The notes beneath the pieces were generated by a model that worked only from the letters and a program-made list of their open reading frames with translations, was not told the DNA's origin and made no database searches. Position numbers and translations under genes: made by a program. DNA of 64,000 nt from an uncultured Oscillospiraceae bacterium (GTDB lineage: Bacteria; Bacillota; Clostridia; Oscillospirales; Oscillospiraceae): positions 1,607-65,606 of the forward strand of contig CAJUQD010000010.1 of assembly GCA_910588105.1 (NCBI GenBank). The letters are read 5' to 3'. Positions 35,364 through 44,830 of the stretch are shown here, one piece after another (position 1 is the first letter of the stretch; each line of letters starts with the position of its first letter).

Positions 35364-35846
35364 CTACTTATGATAATCCGCCCCCTCCTGGATTTTGAAC
35401 GCCCGGTAAATCTGCTCCAGCAGCATCACCCGCGCCAGATGGTGGGGAAAGGTCATGGGCGACATGGACAGCATAGCCCACGCCCCCGCCTTGACGGAGG
35501 GGTGCAGCCCGTAGGATCCGCCGACGACGAACACCAGGTGCTTGGCGGCATTGTGGCTCCATGTGGAGATCATGGCCGCCAGCTCCTCGCTGGAGCGCAG
35601 CGTCCCCTCGACGGCCAGGGCGATGACGCTGGAGTTGGGGGGGATCTTGGCCCGGATGGCGTCCCCCTCCTTTTCCAGCGCCCACTGGATCTCCCCCAAG
35701 GAGGGATTTTTGGGCAGCTTCTGCTCCGCCAGCTCCACAATATTCAGCTTACAATACCCCTTCAGCCGCTTGGCGTACTCCGCCGCCGCCTCCTGGTAAA
35801 ACTTCTCCTTCAGCTTCCCAACGCAGATAACCGTTACATCCACCAT
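35364..35846 (-). CDS. rlmH: 23S rRNA (pseudouridine1915-N3)-methyltransferase
   Basis: CVGKLKEK, FVVGGSYGL, MTFPHHLARVMLLEQIYRAFKI..G.DYHK. Confidence 0.95.
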   Translation of the reverse strand: MVDVTVICVGKLKEKFYQEAAAEYAKRLKGYCKLNIVELAEQKLPKNPSLGEIQWALEKEGDAIRAKIPPNSSVIALAVEGTLRSSEELAAMISTWSHNAAKHLVFVVGGSYGLHPSVKAGAWAMLSMSPMTFPHHLARVMLLEQIYRAFKIQEGADYHK

Positions 35847-35859
35847 CACAAACCCTCCA

Positions 35860-35996
35860 TTCACGCTCTGGCTGACCGCGCTCACGTGCCCCTTTCCCTC
35901 CGTCCCGGTCAAAACCCGGCCTGCGGCAAAAGCCCGCTCGCCGCGCCGCGGCTCCTCTCCCCACAAAGCCTGAAGACAGCTTTGCGGAAGCCCCGT
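35860..35996. repeat. composite repeat (family A part plus family B)
   Basis: tcacgct..tttccctccgtc, then ctcctctccccacaaagcc...gctttgcgg. Confidence 0.65.
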
Positions 35997-36782
35997 TTAT
36001 ACCTCAAACCACCCTGTTGCTTCACTCCGCGGCGCCGCCACCAACTCCACGTCGTCCTCCCCCAGCCCCAGCCCGCCCAGGGCTTTTCTCGCCGCCTCCA
36101 GCGCCAGCTCCGGCCGGTTGTTCTCCGCCGACAGGTGGGCCAGGATCACCCGGCTTGTCCCCTGGGCCGCCGCCCAGGCGGCCAGCTCCCCCCCCGCCTG
36201 GTTGGACAGGTGCCCCCACTCCCCCCGGATGCGGTTTTGGAGATGGAGGGGGTAGGGCCCCCTCCTGAGCATTTCCGGGTCATAGTTGAACTCCCCGATG
36301 AGGGTGTGCGCCCCCCGCACCCCCTCCCGGGCCTGGGGGGTGGCCGCCCCGGTGTCGGTACAAAGCGCCACCTTCCGTTTTCCGTCCGTCACCCAGTAGC
36401 CCACCGGGCAGGCGCAGTCATGGCTGGTGGGGAAGGTGCCGATCTCCAACCCGCCCAGCTCAAACCGCTGTCCCGGTTCGAACACCCGGAACCGTTCCAC
36501 CATTCCCTGCCAGCGTCCGCACAGCTCGCAGGCCGTCCCCTCCGCGGTATACAGCGCCGCCCCCGTCTGGCGGCACAGCACGGGCAGGGCGGATACGTGG
36601 TCGGTGTGCTCATGGGTGATGAGCACGCCGGACACGTGCCGCAGCTCCGTCCCCAGCGCCTTGAGCCCCTGGGCGATGCGCCGGGTGGAGATACCCGCGT
36701 CGATCAGGATATGTACCCGCCCGTCGCTGACCACCGTGCAGTTTCCCGACGACCCGCTGGCCAGCGTGGCCACCCTCAGCAT
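35997..36782 (-). CDS. MBL-fold metallo-hydrolase (YycJ/WalJ-like)
   Basis: LASGSSGN, IDAGIS, THEHTDH, SHD, GHLSN, LAHLS.ENN. Confidence 0.88.
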   Translation of the reverse strand: MLRVATLASGSSGNCTVVSDGRVHILIDAGISTRRIAQGLKALGTELRHVSGVLITHEHTDHVSALPVLCRQTGAALYTAEGTACELCGRWQGMVERFRVFEPGQRFELGGLEIGTFPTSHDCACPVGYWVTDGKRKVALCTDTGAATPQAREGVRGAHTLIGEFNYDPEMLRRGPYPLHLQNRIRGEWGHLSNQAGGELAAWAAAQGTSRVILAHLSAENNRPELALEAARKALGGLGLGEDDVELVAAPRSEATGWFEV

Positions 36783-36875
36783 AACGCACCACCCCATTGT
36801 CTCAATTCCACGAACAAGCCGGAAAGGATACCGTCCTTTCCGGCAAAAGCTGCATATTTAACTAGGCCTGCCTAT

Positions 36876-37008
36876 TCACGCTGCGAAGCGCCCCAGACGT
36901 TCAGTCGCTTTCCCTCCGTCTCGGGCAAAGCCCTGTCCCGTCCCTGCGGGCCTTGGGCTTTTGCCCTCGCTCCGCTCCATCCGCGCTGCTCACGGCGGCT
37001 CCGCGCCA
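36876..37008. repeat. family A repeat copy
   Basis: tcacgctgcga..gctttccctccgtctcgggcaa..tgggcttttgc..tcgctccgctccatccgcgctgctcacggcggctccgcg; abuts the murA stop. Confidence 0.85.
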
Positions 37009-38307
37009 TTACCCGGCGATCGTCTCCTTTTTCCGCTCGGGGTCGGGCACCTCCACCACCCGGATGTCCGCGCCAATGCGGGACAGCTTGCCGATGATGT
37101 CCTCGTAGCCCCGCTCGATGTGCTTCACGTTGGAAATCTCGCTGGTCCCCTGGGCGGCCAGTCCGGCGATAATCATGCCCGCCCCGGCCCGCAGGTCGCA
37201 GGCCTCCATGGGCGCGCCGGTGAGCTTCTCCACGCCCTCGATGATGGCGATCTTGCCGTCCACCTGGATCTTGGCGCCCAGGCGGCGGAACTCCTCGGTA
37301 TAGCGGTAACGGTTGTCCCACACGCCCTCGGTAATGACGCTGGTGCCCCGGGCCAGGCAGAGCGCGGCGGCGATCTGGGGGTGCATATCGGTGGGGAAGC
37401 CTGGGTAGAACATGGTCTTGACATTGGTGCGCTGGAGGGGGCCATGGCGGCGGACGATGAGGGAATCCCCCTCCTCCTCCACCTCGGCGCCCATCTCCAC
37501 CAGCTTGGCGGTGATGCATTCCATATGCTTGGGGATGATGTTGCACACCCGCACCTCGCCCCCGGCGGCGGTGACGGCGGCCATATAGGTGCCCGCCTCA
37601 ATCTGGTCGGGGATGATGGAGTACTCCCCGCCCCGCAGCTTGTCCACACCCCGGATTTTAATCATATCGGTGCCCGCGCCGGTGATATCCGCCCCCATGG
37701 AGTTGAGGAAATTGGCCAAATCCACGATATGGGGCTCCCTGGCGGTATTTTCGATGACGGTGGTGCCCTTTGCCAGCACGGCGGCCAGCATCAGGTTCAT
37801 GGTGGCCCCCACGCTGGCCACATCCAGGTAGATCTGGCTGCCCTTCATCCGCCCGCCGTCGGCCCCGGCGCACATATAGCCCTTTTCCACCGTGACCTCC
37901 GCCCCCAGGGCGGCAAAGCCCTTGAGGTGCTGGTCGATGGGCCTGCTGCCGAAGTCGCACCCGCCGGGCAGGGGCACCTCGGCCCGGCCGAACCGGCCCA
38001 GCATAGCCCCCATCAAGTAATAGCTGGCCCGGAGCTTGCGCCCCGCGTCATAGGGGACGGCCTGGCGCCGGGCGGCGGTGCAGTCCACCTCCACGGTGGT
38101 GCGGTTGATGAGCCTCACCCGGGCCCCCAGATCCCGGAGGATGTCCAGCAACAAATCCACATCGCTGATGGCGGGAATATTTTCAATGCGGCAGGGCCCC
38201 TCCACCAGAAGGGCCGCGGGGATAATACCGACGGCGGCATTCTTGGCGCCGCTGATCTCAACCTTGCCATACAGCGGACGCCCGCCGTGAATCACATACT
38301 TTTTCAA
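37009..38307 (-). CDS. murA: UDP-N-acetylglucosamine 1-carboxyvinyltransferase
   Basis: SGAKNA, LRASYY, LPGGCDFGSRPIDQH, SVGAT, PDQIEAGT, PGFPTD, DLRAGA, IERGYE; TTG start. Confidence 0.95.
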   Translation of the reverse strand: MKKYVIHGGRPLYGKVEISGAKNAAVGIIPAALLVEGPCRIENIPAISDVDLLLDILRDLGARVRLINRTTVEVDCTAARRQAVPYDAGRKLRASYYLMGAMLGRFGRAEVPLPGGCDFGSRPIDQHLKGFAALGAEVTVEKGYMCAGADGGRMKGSQIYLDVASVGATMNLMLAAVLAKGTTVIENTAREPHIVDLANFLNSMGADITGAGTDMIKIRGVDKLRGGEYSIIPDQIEAGTYMAAVTAAGGEVRVCNIIPKHMECITAKLVEMGAEVEEEGDSLIVRRHGPLQRTNVKTMFYPGFPTDMHPQIAAALCLARGTSVITEGVWDNRYRYTEEFRRLGAKIQVDGKIAIIEGVEKLTGAPMEACDLRAGAGMIIAGLAAQGTSEISNVKHIERGYEDIIGKLSRIGADIRVVEVPDPERKKETIAG

Positions 38308-38576
38308 ATCAGCACCTCTGACTCCCGGCAATACCGGTTTAATAGGTAAAGAGGGGTGGTTCCCTCTAAAAATCTTCACAAAGGGGAAACCGCTCAACCA
38401 CAGCCCTCGCCAGGGAGCCCATTTCCCATCAACACATTATAACACCACGTGTAAGTAAAGGCAACCAAAACTTTCATCCTTTTCCTTCTTCCCGCCCCGA
38501 TTCTTTCATCCAGCCATATTTTGTCCAGCGGCCCCCCGGATATTCCGGGAAAATTGTGAATTTTCTGCGATACCCC

Positions 38577-38605
38577 TTGCAAAATCCAAACCGATGTATT
38601 ATCAT
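38577..38605 (+). promoter_or_regulatory. sigma-A promoter for htpG
   Basis: TTGCAA-17 nt-TATCAT. Confidence 0.6.
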
Positions 38606-38609
38606 ACCG

Positions 38610-38636
38610 TTAGCACTCTTTCTTTCAGAGTGCTAA
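38610..38636. promoter_or_regulatory. CIRCE operator (HrcA site)
   Basis: Perfect TTAGCACTC-N9-GAGTGCTAA. Confidence 0.97.
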
Positions 38637-38679
38637 AACCTTGTTTTCTAAATTATATATATAATGAGGTGCACGAATT

Positions 38680-40593
38680 ATGGCAAAGAAGCAGTTCAAA
38701 GCGGAATCCAAGCGGTTGATGGACCTGATGGTCAACTCCATCTACACCCACAAGGAGATCTTCCTCCGGGAGATCATCTCCAACGCCAGCGACGCCATCG
38801 ACAAGCTGGCCTATCTTTCCCTGACGGACGACACAGTGAAAGTCAAGCGGGGGGACATGCGCATCATTGTGACCCCGGACAAGGACACCCGGACCCTCAC
38901 GGTGTCGGACAACGGCGTGGGCATGACCGCCCAGGAGCTGGAGCAGAACCTGGGCACCATCGCGCGCAGCGGCTCCCTCCAGTTCAAGGAGGGCATGGAA
39001 AAGGACAGCGCGGTGGACATCATCGGCCAGTTCGGCGTGGGCTTCTACTCCGCCTTCATGGTGGCGGACGAGGTCACCGTCATCACCCGCCGCCACGGGG
39101 AGGACACGGCCCACTGCTGGAAGTCCTCCGGGGCGGACGGCTACACCATCACCGAATGCGAAAAGGACGAGCCGGGCACCGACGTCATCATGCACATCAA
39201 GGCCGACGGCGAGGAGGAAACCTACGGCGAGTACCTGGAGACCGGCCGCCTGCAAGCCCTGATTAAAAAGTATTCCGACTATATCCGCCACCCCATCCGC
39301 ATGGAGGTGGAGGACTACCGGCAGAAGGAGAAGCCGGAGGATGCCCCGGACGACTACAAGCCCGAGTGGGAGACGGTGGTGGAGGAAAAGACCATCAACT
39401 CCATGGTGCCCCTGTGGCAGCGCCCCCGTTCCAAGGTGGAGCAGGAAGAGTACGACAGCTTCTACCGGGAGAAGTTTGGCGACTGGCAGCCCCCCCTGGC
39501 CACCGTCACCACCTCCTCCGAGGGCACCGTGACCTTCAAGGCCCTGCTCTTCATCCCCTCCGCCACCCCCTACGACTTCTACACCCGGGAGTATGAGAAG
39601 GGCCTCCAGCTCTACTCCTCCGGCGTGCTCATCATGGACAAGTGCGCCGACCTGCTCCCCGACTGCTTCCGCTTTGTAAAGGGCGTGGTGGACTCCCCCG
39701 ACTTTTCGCTGAACATCTCCCGGGAACTGCTCCAGCACGACCGCCAGCTGAAGATCATCGCCGCCGCCCTGGAGAAGAAGATCAAGAACGAGCTGGTCAA
39801 GCTGATGAAGGACGACCGGGAGAAGTACGAGAAGTTCTGGGCCTCCTTCGGCCGCCAGCTCAAATACAGCGTCACCGAGGGCTACGGGGCCAAGAAGGAG
39901 CTTTTGCAGGATCTGCTGCTGTTCACCACCTCCAGGGAGGGCAAACTGGCCTCCCTGACCGAATATGTGGAGCGCATGGGCGAGGGCCAGGAGTTTATCT
40001 ACTACGTGTGCGCCGACACCAAGGAGCAGGCGGCCCGCCTGCCCCAGGTAGAGCGCATCGCCGACAAGGGTTGGGAGATCTTGTACCTCACCGAGGAGGT
40101 GGACGAGTTCGTGATGCAGGCCCTGCGGGAGGTGTCGGGCAAGGCGCTGAAGCCGGTGTCCGACCCGGACGCCCTGCCCGAGACCGACGAGGAGAAGGCG
40201 GAGCAGGAAAAGAAAGCCGAGCAGGCCAAGCCCGTCCTGGACTTTGTGAAGGAGACCCTGGGGGACAAAATCAAGGAGGCCCGGGTGTCCAAAATTCTCA
40301 AGACCGCCCCGGTGTGCATGACGGCGGACGGCCCCATGTCCCTGGAGATGGAGAAATACTTCTCCAAGCTGGAGGGTTCCTCCGCCATGGGCCCCATGAA
40401 GGCCGAGCACGTGCTGGAGCTCAACCCCGCCGCCGCCCCCTTCGCGGCGCTGAAATCCGCCCTGGACGCGGACGATAAGGACCGTGCCGCCAAGTACGTC
40501 CAGGTGCTCTATCACCAGGCCCTGCTCATCGCCGGCCTGCCCATTGAGGATCCGGCGGCCTATACCGAGCTGGTGTGCTCCCTCATGGAGTAA
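38680..40593 (+). CDS. htpG: Hsp90 chaperone HtpG
   Basis: KEIFLREIISNASDAIDK, DNGVGM, LGTIARSG, IGQFGVGFYSAF, LNISRE. Confidence 0.97.
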   Translation: MAKKQFKAESKRLMDLMVNSIYTHKEIFLREIISNASDAIDKLAYLSLTDDTVKVKRGDMRIIVTPDKDTRTLTVSDNGVGMTAQELEQNLGTIARSGSLQFKEGMEKDSAVDIIGQFGVGFYSAFMVADEVTVITRRHGEDTAHCWKSSGADGYTITECEKDEPGTDVIMHIKADGEEETYGEYLETGRLQALIKKYSDYIRHPIRMEVEDYRQKEKPEDAPDDYKPEWETVVEEKTINSMVPLWQRPRSKVEQEEYDSFYREKFGDWQPPLATVTTSSEGTVTFKALLFIPSATPYDFYTREYEKGLQLYSSGVLIMDKCADLLPDCFRFVKGVVDSPDFSLNISRELLQHDRQLKIIAAALEKKIKNELVKLMKDDREKYEKFWASFGRQLKYSVTEGYGAKKELLQDLLLFTTSREGKLASLTEYVERMGEGQEFIYYVCADTKEQAARLPQVERIADKGWEILYLTEEVDEFVMQALREVSGKALKPVSDPDALPETDEEKAEQEKKAEQAKPVLDFVKETLGDKIKEARVSKILKTAPVCMTADGPMSLEMEKYFSKLEGSSAMGPMKAEHVLELNPAAAPFAALKSALDADDKDRAAKYVQVLYHQALLIAGLPIEDPAAYTELVCSLME

Positions 40594-40599
40594 GGCAAC

Positions 40600-40857
40600 C
40601 TACTTTCTGCTTGTGCAGAAAGTAGGCAAAGACACACTTAGGGGGCAGCCCGCCGGTTCAAAACCGAACGCCAAGGGCGCGTTCGGTTCTCACAGGCGCG
40701 CTGTCCCCTAAGAACCCCCGCCGCGGGGGACGCCCTATACGGAGGGCGGGCGCAGGCCCTTCCGGCGCCCGCGGCTTTCCACCCGGTTCCCCCTGTTTAT
40801 GCTGCCGCCCGTATCCAGGCACAGAAAAAAAGTACGGCCCACGGTTTCGCGCCTCAG
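40600..40857 (+). repeat. family D repeat, about 256 bp (left arm of an inverted pair)
   Basis: tactttctgc..gtgcagaaag, ccgccggttc, gcccttccggcgc, gctgccgcccgt and cgcgcctcag recur inverted at 41611-41866. Confidence 0.8.
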
Positions 40858-40885
40858 CTGCGCGCCGCCCGGGCCGTACTTCCTT

Positions 40886-41035
40886 TTATTCCCCTTCGAT
40901 ATAAAGCTCCTCCGTCTCCTGCTGCGCCCGGATCAGCAGCGCCCGGGCCTCCATCCCCTTCCCCCTGTCCAGCAAATCAATCGCCTTTGTCGCCGCCCGG
41001 AACAGTGTCAGGTACATTTCTTGATAATCCGCCAT
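40886..41035 (-). CDS. 49-aa microprotein (absent from the ORF track); paralogue of 7364-7540
   Basis: GAGGTG RBS; MADYQEMYLTLFRAATKAIDLLDRGKGMEARALLIRAQQETEELYIEGE. Confidence 0.75.
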   Translation of the reverse strand: MADYQEMYLTLFRAATKAIDLLDRGKGMEARALLIRAQQETEELYIEGE

Positions 41036-41165
41036 ATTTTTCACCTCTAACAGATCATAACACATATAAGTTGTTATTACAATTTATTTACCGCTTAAAA
41101 CTTGTTTAATTTTATCTTATAAATACCATAGGAAATAAGTTAGAATTCTGTTGGGGTGATGGAAC

Positions 41166-41351
41166 ATGCCGTTTGGTCCGAATAATATTCAACGAAAGGG
41201 CGAAGCCGCCTATAAAACGATATATCTGCGCCAGCGCACCATTGACAAAATCGAAAAGCTGGCGGCGGAAAACGAAACCAGCTTCAATGCCATTGTTGTG
41301 AGCATGATTGAACAGTGCCTGAAGGATTATGACAGCGAAACGCACGAATAA
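41166..41351 (+). CDS. small ribbon-helix-helix-like DNA-binding protein 1
   Basis: 61 aa; KTIYL strand plus two helices (SFNAIVVSMIEQCL). Confidence 0.65.
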   Translation: MPFGPNNIQRKGEAAYKTIYLRQRTIDKIEKLAAENETSFNAIVVSMIEQCLKDYDSETHE

Positions 41352-41380
41352 GCTCTCCCTTGCCTCATGAGGTGAATAGG

Positions 41381-41566
41381 ATGCCGTTTCAGCCAAAAAA
41401 GACGCGAAACAAGGTGGAATCCGCTTATAAAAGCATTTACCTGCGCCAAACTGTCATTCACGAGCTCAACGCCCTCGCGGCCAAGCACAACACCAGCTTT
41501 AACAATATTGCCGCCACCATGATTGACCAGTGCCTGGAAGAAATACACAACGAACAGTCCGAATAG
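41381..41566 (+). CDS. small ribbon-helix-helix-like DNA-binding protein 2 (tandem paralogue)
   Basis: 61 aa; AYKSIYLRQ...LAA...SFN.I...MIDQCL aligns with the upstream gene; GAGGTG RBS. Confidence 0.65.
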   Translation: MPFQPKKTRNKVESAYKSIYLRQTVIHELNALAAKHNTSFNNIAATMIDQCLEEIHNEQSE

Positions 41567-41598
41567 AAACATCCCTGCCTTTGCGGCAGGGATGTTTT
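41567..41598 (+). terminator. intrinsic terminator
   Basis: aaacatccctgcc-tttgc-ggcagggatgtttt. Confidence 0.8.
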
Positions 41599-41610
41599 GC
41601 ACTCTGCGGC

Positions 41611-41866
41611 ACTGAGGCGCGGCCCCGGGGGCCGGGCTGCGGGCGGTGTCCGGGCACGGGCGGCAGCGCAAATAGGGGCAGCCGCGTCGAAGGCGCCGCG
41701 CGCCGGAAGGGCGCGCACCCACTCCCGTACCGGGCTCCCCCGCAGAACCGGGGGATTCTCAAGGGGGAGACCGTCCTGAGAGCGCAGCCCGCCCTGTGGG
41801 CTGTGCGAACCGGCGGCCTCCCCCTTGGGCGTGCCTTTGGGTGCTTTCTGCACGGGCAGAAAGTAC
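41611..41866 (-). repeat. family D repeat (right arm, inverted)
   Basis: Its reverse complement aligns with 40600-40857. Confidence 0.8.
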
Positions 41867-42029
41867 CCCGCCGGAGGCCAAGGGGGAAACCCCCCCAAAA
41901 TACCCGGGGACTCCCCAAATATTTCGGCAACAAAACGGGCTTGTATTTTCCAATAAAATAGAATACAATATGGGGAGCGAATGAAATAGAAACGGCAGCC
42001 CCCTTGCGCGCAAAGAAAGGAAGGTTCCC

Positions 42030-42380
42030 ATGAAAATACAGACTGAAAAGGGTCTCGTCCGGCTGACCAGCGACGTGTACTCCAACCTCACCGGCGCGGT
42101 AGCCACCAGCTGCTACGGCGTGAAGGGCATGGCGTTCCGCTCCAAGACCGACGGGCTGGTCCACCTGCTGCGGCGGGAATCCATGTCCAAGGGCGTGAAG
42201 ATCGTCTACAACAACGACCAGTCCATCTCCATCTACCTGCACATCATCGTAGACAATGGGGTGAACCTGGTGGCGGTGGGCCAGTCCATCCAGAACGAAG
42301 TGAAGTACAACGTCCACCGCCTCACCGGGGTGGAGGTGCGCAGCGTCAACGTCTGCGTGGATTCCATGGTGATCGGTTAA
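42030..42380 (+). CDS. Asp23/Gls24-family protein (YloU-like)
   Basis: CYGVKGMA..DGLVHLL.RE..SKGV, LHIIV..GVN; upstream of the DAK2 gene. Confidence 0.88.
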   Translation: MKIQTEKGLVRLTSDVYSNLTGAVATSCYGVKGMAFRSKTDGLVHLLRRESMSKGVKIVYNNDQSISIYLHIIVDNGVNLVAVGQSIQNEVKYNVHRLTGVEVRSVNVCVDSMVIG

Positions 42381-42410
42381 ACCGGCCCAGAAAGAGAGGA
42401 TATCCAAACT

Positions 42411-44087
42411 ATGGTAGACATCATCGACGGCGCGCTGTTTCAGCGCATGGTGATCCACGGCTCCGCCTCCATCAGCGTCCAGAAGCAGGCCATCAACGAC
42501 CTGAACGTATTCCCCGTCCCTGACGGGGATACCGGCACCAACATGTCCTTGACCATCGGCACCGCCGCCGCCGAGGCGAAGAAGAAACCGGCCCAGTCCA
42601 TCGGCAAGGCCGCCTCCGTCAACGCTTCCGCCCTGCTCCGGGGGGCCCGGGGCAACTCGGGGGTCATCCTGTCCCTGCTGTTCCGGGGTGTGTCCAAGGG
42701 GCTGAAGGAACAGGACGAGGCGGACGGCATTGCCTTTGCCGCCGCTTTGAGCGAGGGCGTATCCGCCGCCTACAAGGCGGTGATGAAGCCCGCCGAGGGC
42801 ACCATTTTAACGGTGTCCCGCCTGGCCGCCGCCAAGGCGTCCCAGGCCGCCCAGGAGCACAACAGCGTAGAGGCGGTGCTGGAGGCCGCCATCGCCGAAG
42901 GCCAGATTGCCCTGGCGGACACGGTGAACCAGAACCCGGTGCTGAAGAAGGCCGGCGTGGTGGATGCGGGGGGCAAGGGCTTTTTGTGCATCCTCCAGGG
43001 GATGCTGGACGAGCTGCGGGGCCTGCCCGTCCCGGAGGAGGAGGACAGCGGGCTGCCCGCCAAGGAGAGCGCCGATTTCGCCGCTTTGTCCGAGGAAGAC
43101 ATTACCTTCACCTTCGACACGGTGTTCATCGTGCGCAAAACGGCTGATAAATCCATCGACCCCTTCCGCGCCTACCTGAACAGCATCGGCGACAGCCTGG
43201 TCATCGGCGAGGACGACGAGTCCTTCAAGGTCCACGTCCACACCGACATCCCCGGCGCGGCTCTGAGCGAGGCCCAGAAATACGGCACCCTGGAACTGGC
43301 CAAGATCGAGAACATGCGCACCCAGGCCGAGGAGCTGGCCGCAGGCAAAAAAGCCCAGTCCACCGACGACCTGGAGCAGGTGGAGGCCGAACTGGAGGGT
43401 CGGGGGGACGCCGTCGCCGCCCCGGAGAAGAAGTACGGTGTGGTAGCCGTGTGCGCCGGGGAGGGCATGTCCAGCGTATTCAAGGACCTGGGGGTGGACG
43501 GCGTCATCTCCGGCGGCCAGACTATGAATCCCTCCACCGAGGATATCTGCCGGGAGATCGCCCGCACCCCCGCCGAGGTGGTGTTCGTGCTGCCCAACAA
43601 CAAGAATATCATCATGGCCGCCCAGCAGTGCGTGGGCCTCATTGAGGGCAAAGAGGTGGTGGTGGTGCCCACCCGCACCGTGCCCCAAGGCATCTCCGCC
43701 ATGCTGGTGCTGGATCCGGAGGCTGACGCCGAATCCAACGCCGCCGCCATGGAGGAGGCCCGCAAAAATGTGCGCACCTCTGAGATCACCTACGCCGCCC
43801 GGGACTCCGACTTCGACGGCTTTAAGATCCATGAAGGGGACTACATGGCCCTTGCCGAGGGCCAGCTCTTCGCCACCGATCAGGACATCGGCAGGCTTCT
43901 GACCCATCTGGCCCAGTCGGGCAGCCAGCAGAACGCCGAGTTCATCAGCATCTTCTACGGTGAGGACGTGACGGAGGAGCAGGCAGGCGAGGCCCTGTCC
44001 ATCTTCCAGAAGGAGTGTCCCAACGCCGAGATCACCCTGCTGTCCGGTGGCCAGCCTGTGTACTATTATATGATCTCCGCGGAATGA
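42411..44087 (+). CDS. fakA: DAK2-domain fatty acid kinase subunit A (YloV)
   Basis: INDLNVFPVPDGDTGTNM, GARGNSGVILS, VVDAGGKG, KVHVHT, GGQTMNPST, GGQPVYYY. Confidence 0.9.
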   Translation: MVDIIDGALFQRMVIHGSASISVQKQAINDLNVFPVPDGDTGTNMSLTIGTAAAEAKKKPAQSIGKAASVNASALLRGARGNSGVILSLLFRGVSKGLKEQDEADGIAFAAALSEGVSAAYKAVMKPAEGTILTVSRLAAAKASQAAQEHNSVEAVLEAAIAEGQIALADTVNQNPVLKKAGVVDAGGKGFLCILQGMLDELRGLPVPEEEDSGLPAKESADFAALSEEDITFTFDTVFIVRKTADKSIDPFRAYLNSIGDSLVIGEDDESFKVHVHTDIPGAALSEAQKYGTLELAKIENMRTQAEELAAGKKAQSTDDLEQVEAELEGRGDAVAAPEKKYGVVAVCAGEGMSSVFKDLGVDGVISGGQTMNPSTEDICREIARTPAEVVFVLPNNKNIIMAAQQCVGLIEGKEVVVVPTRTVPQGISAMLVLDPEADAESNAAAMEEARKNVRTSEITYAARDSDFDGFKIHEGDYMALAEGQLFATDQDIGRLLTHLAQSGSQQNAEFISIFYGEDVTEEQAGEALSIFQKECPNAEITLLSGGQPVYYYMISAE

Positions 44088-44293
44088 CCTCGCGGAAAAG
44101 GGCTTTGCCCTTTTCTGCGAAAGGGTTTGCACCCCGGCTGCGCGCCCTGGGGGCACGCTTGCGCTCCGGGAGGCATTTTCGGGGCCGTCCCTGAAATGGA
44201 TTTCATTTAATTTCGCCGCCTGCGGGCGGCGGAACCCTGCCAGACGTTCAAAAACTTCCCCGGACAGGTTCCGGGGAAGTTTTTTTGCAAAAA

Positions 44294-44358
44294 TGTAAAA
44301 TACGCTTGACACGAAATGTAAAGCGTGCTATACTCCATCTTGTAAAGCAAACTTTACA
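44294..44358 (+). promoter_or_regulatory. sigma-A promoter overlapped by three TGTAAA-N6-TTTACA-type operators
   Basis: TTGACA(44306)-17 nt-TATACT(44329); operator-like sites at 44294, 44317 and 44341 (the last is a perfect TGTAAAG-N4-CTTTACA). Confidence 0.75.
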
Positions 44359-44375
44359 TCCAAAGGAGGGCTGAC

Positions 44376-44579
44376 ATGGAAAACCGCATCGCCGAGCTGC
44401 GCAAAGCCCGGCGCATCTCCCAGGCGGAGCTGGCCGAGGCGGTGGCTGTCACCCGGCAGACCATCATCTCGCTGGAGAGCGGGCGCTACAACGCCTCGCT
44501 CCTGCTGGCCCACAAGATCGCCAAATACTTTGACACCACCATCGAGGACATTTTCCTGTTTGAGGAGGAAGAACCATGA
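44376..44579 (+). CDS. Cro/C1-type HTH repressor
   Basis: NRIAELRKARRISQAELAEAVAVTRQTIISLESGRYNASLLLAHKIA. Confidence 0.9.
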   Translation: MENRIAELRKARRISQAELAEAVAVTRQTIISLESGRYNASLLLAHKIAKYFDTTIEDIFLFEEEEP

Positions 44580-44818
44580 GGTGCAACTGTAATTTTAACA
44601 TCAACCCCGCCTTTGCCGCCGGCGTCACCCTGCTGTGGATCAGCCTGCTCATCCGAAACGTGCTGGAGCTGGGGGGCCCTGCGGCGGCCGCGGCCCATCT
44701 CCTGTCCGGCGCGGCCTGCGCGCTATTGCTGATCGGCCTGCTGTACGGCTCCCCTAAGACCCGGCCCGTGTTCGATAAATTCCACGCCTTCAAGCGCCGG
44801 CTCTTGGGCCGGGAATAA
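44576..44818 (+). CDS. small membrane protein
   Basis: Two hydrophobic segments; ATGA overlap with the HTH gene. Confidence 0.6.
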   Translation: MRCNCNFNINPAFAAGVTLLWISLLIRNVLELGGPAAAAAHLLSGAACALLLIGLLYGSPKTRPVFDKFHAFKRRLLGRE

Positions 44819-44830
44819 GGAGGAACCCCT

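Noticed and set aside
44090..44280. Structured intergenic stretch after fakA (also 17575-17690)
   Set aside because: Probably other dispersed repeats, but there is no second copy in the window to support a call.
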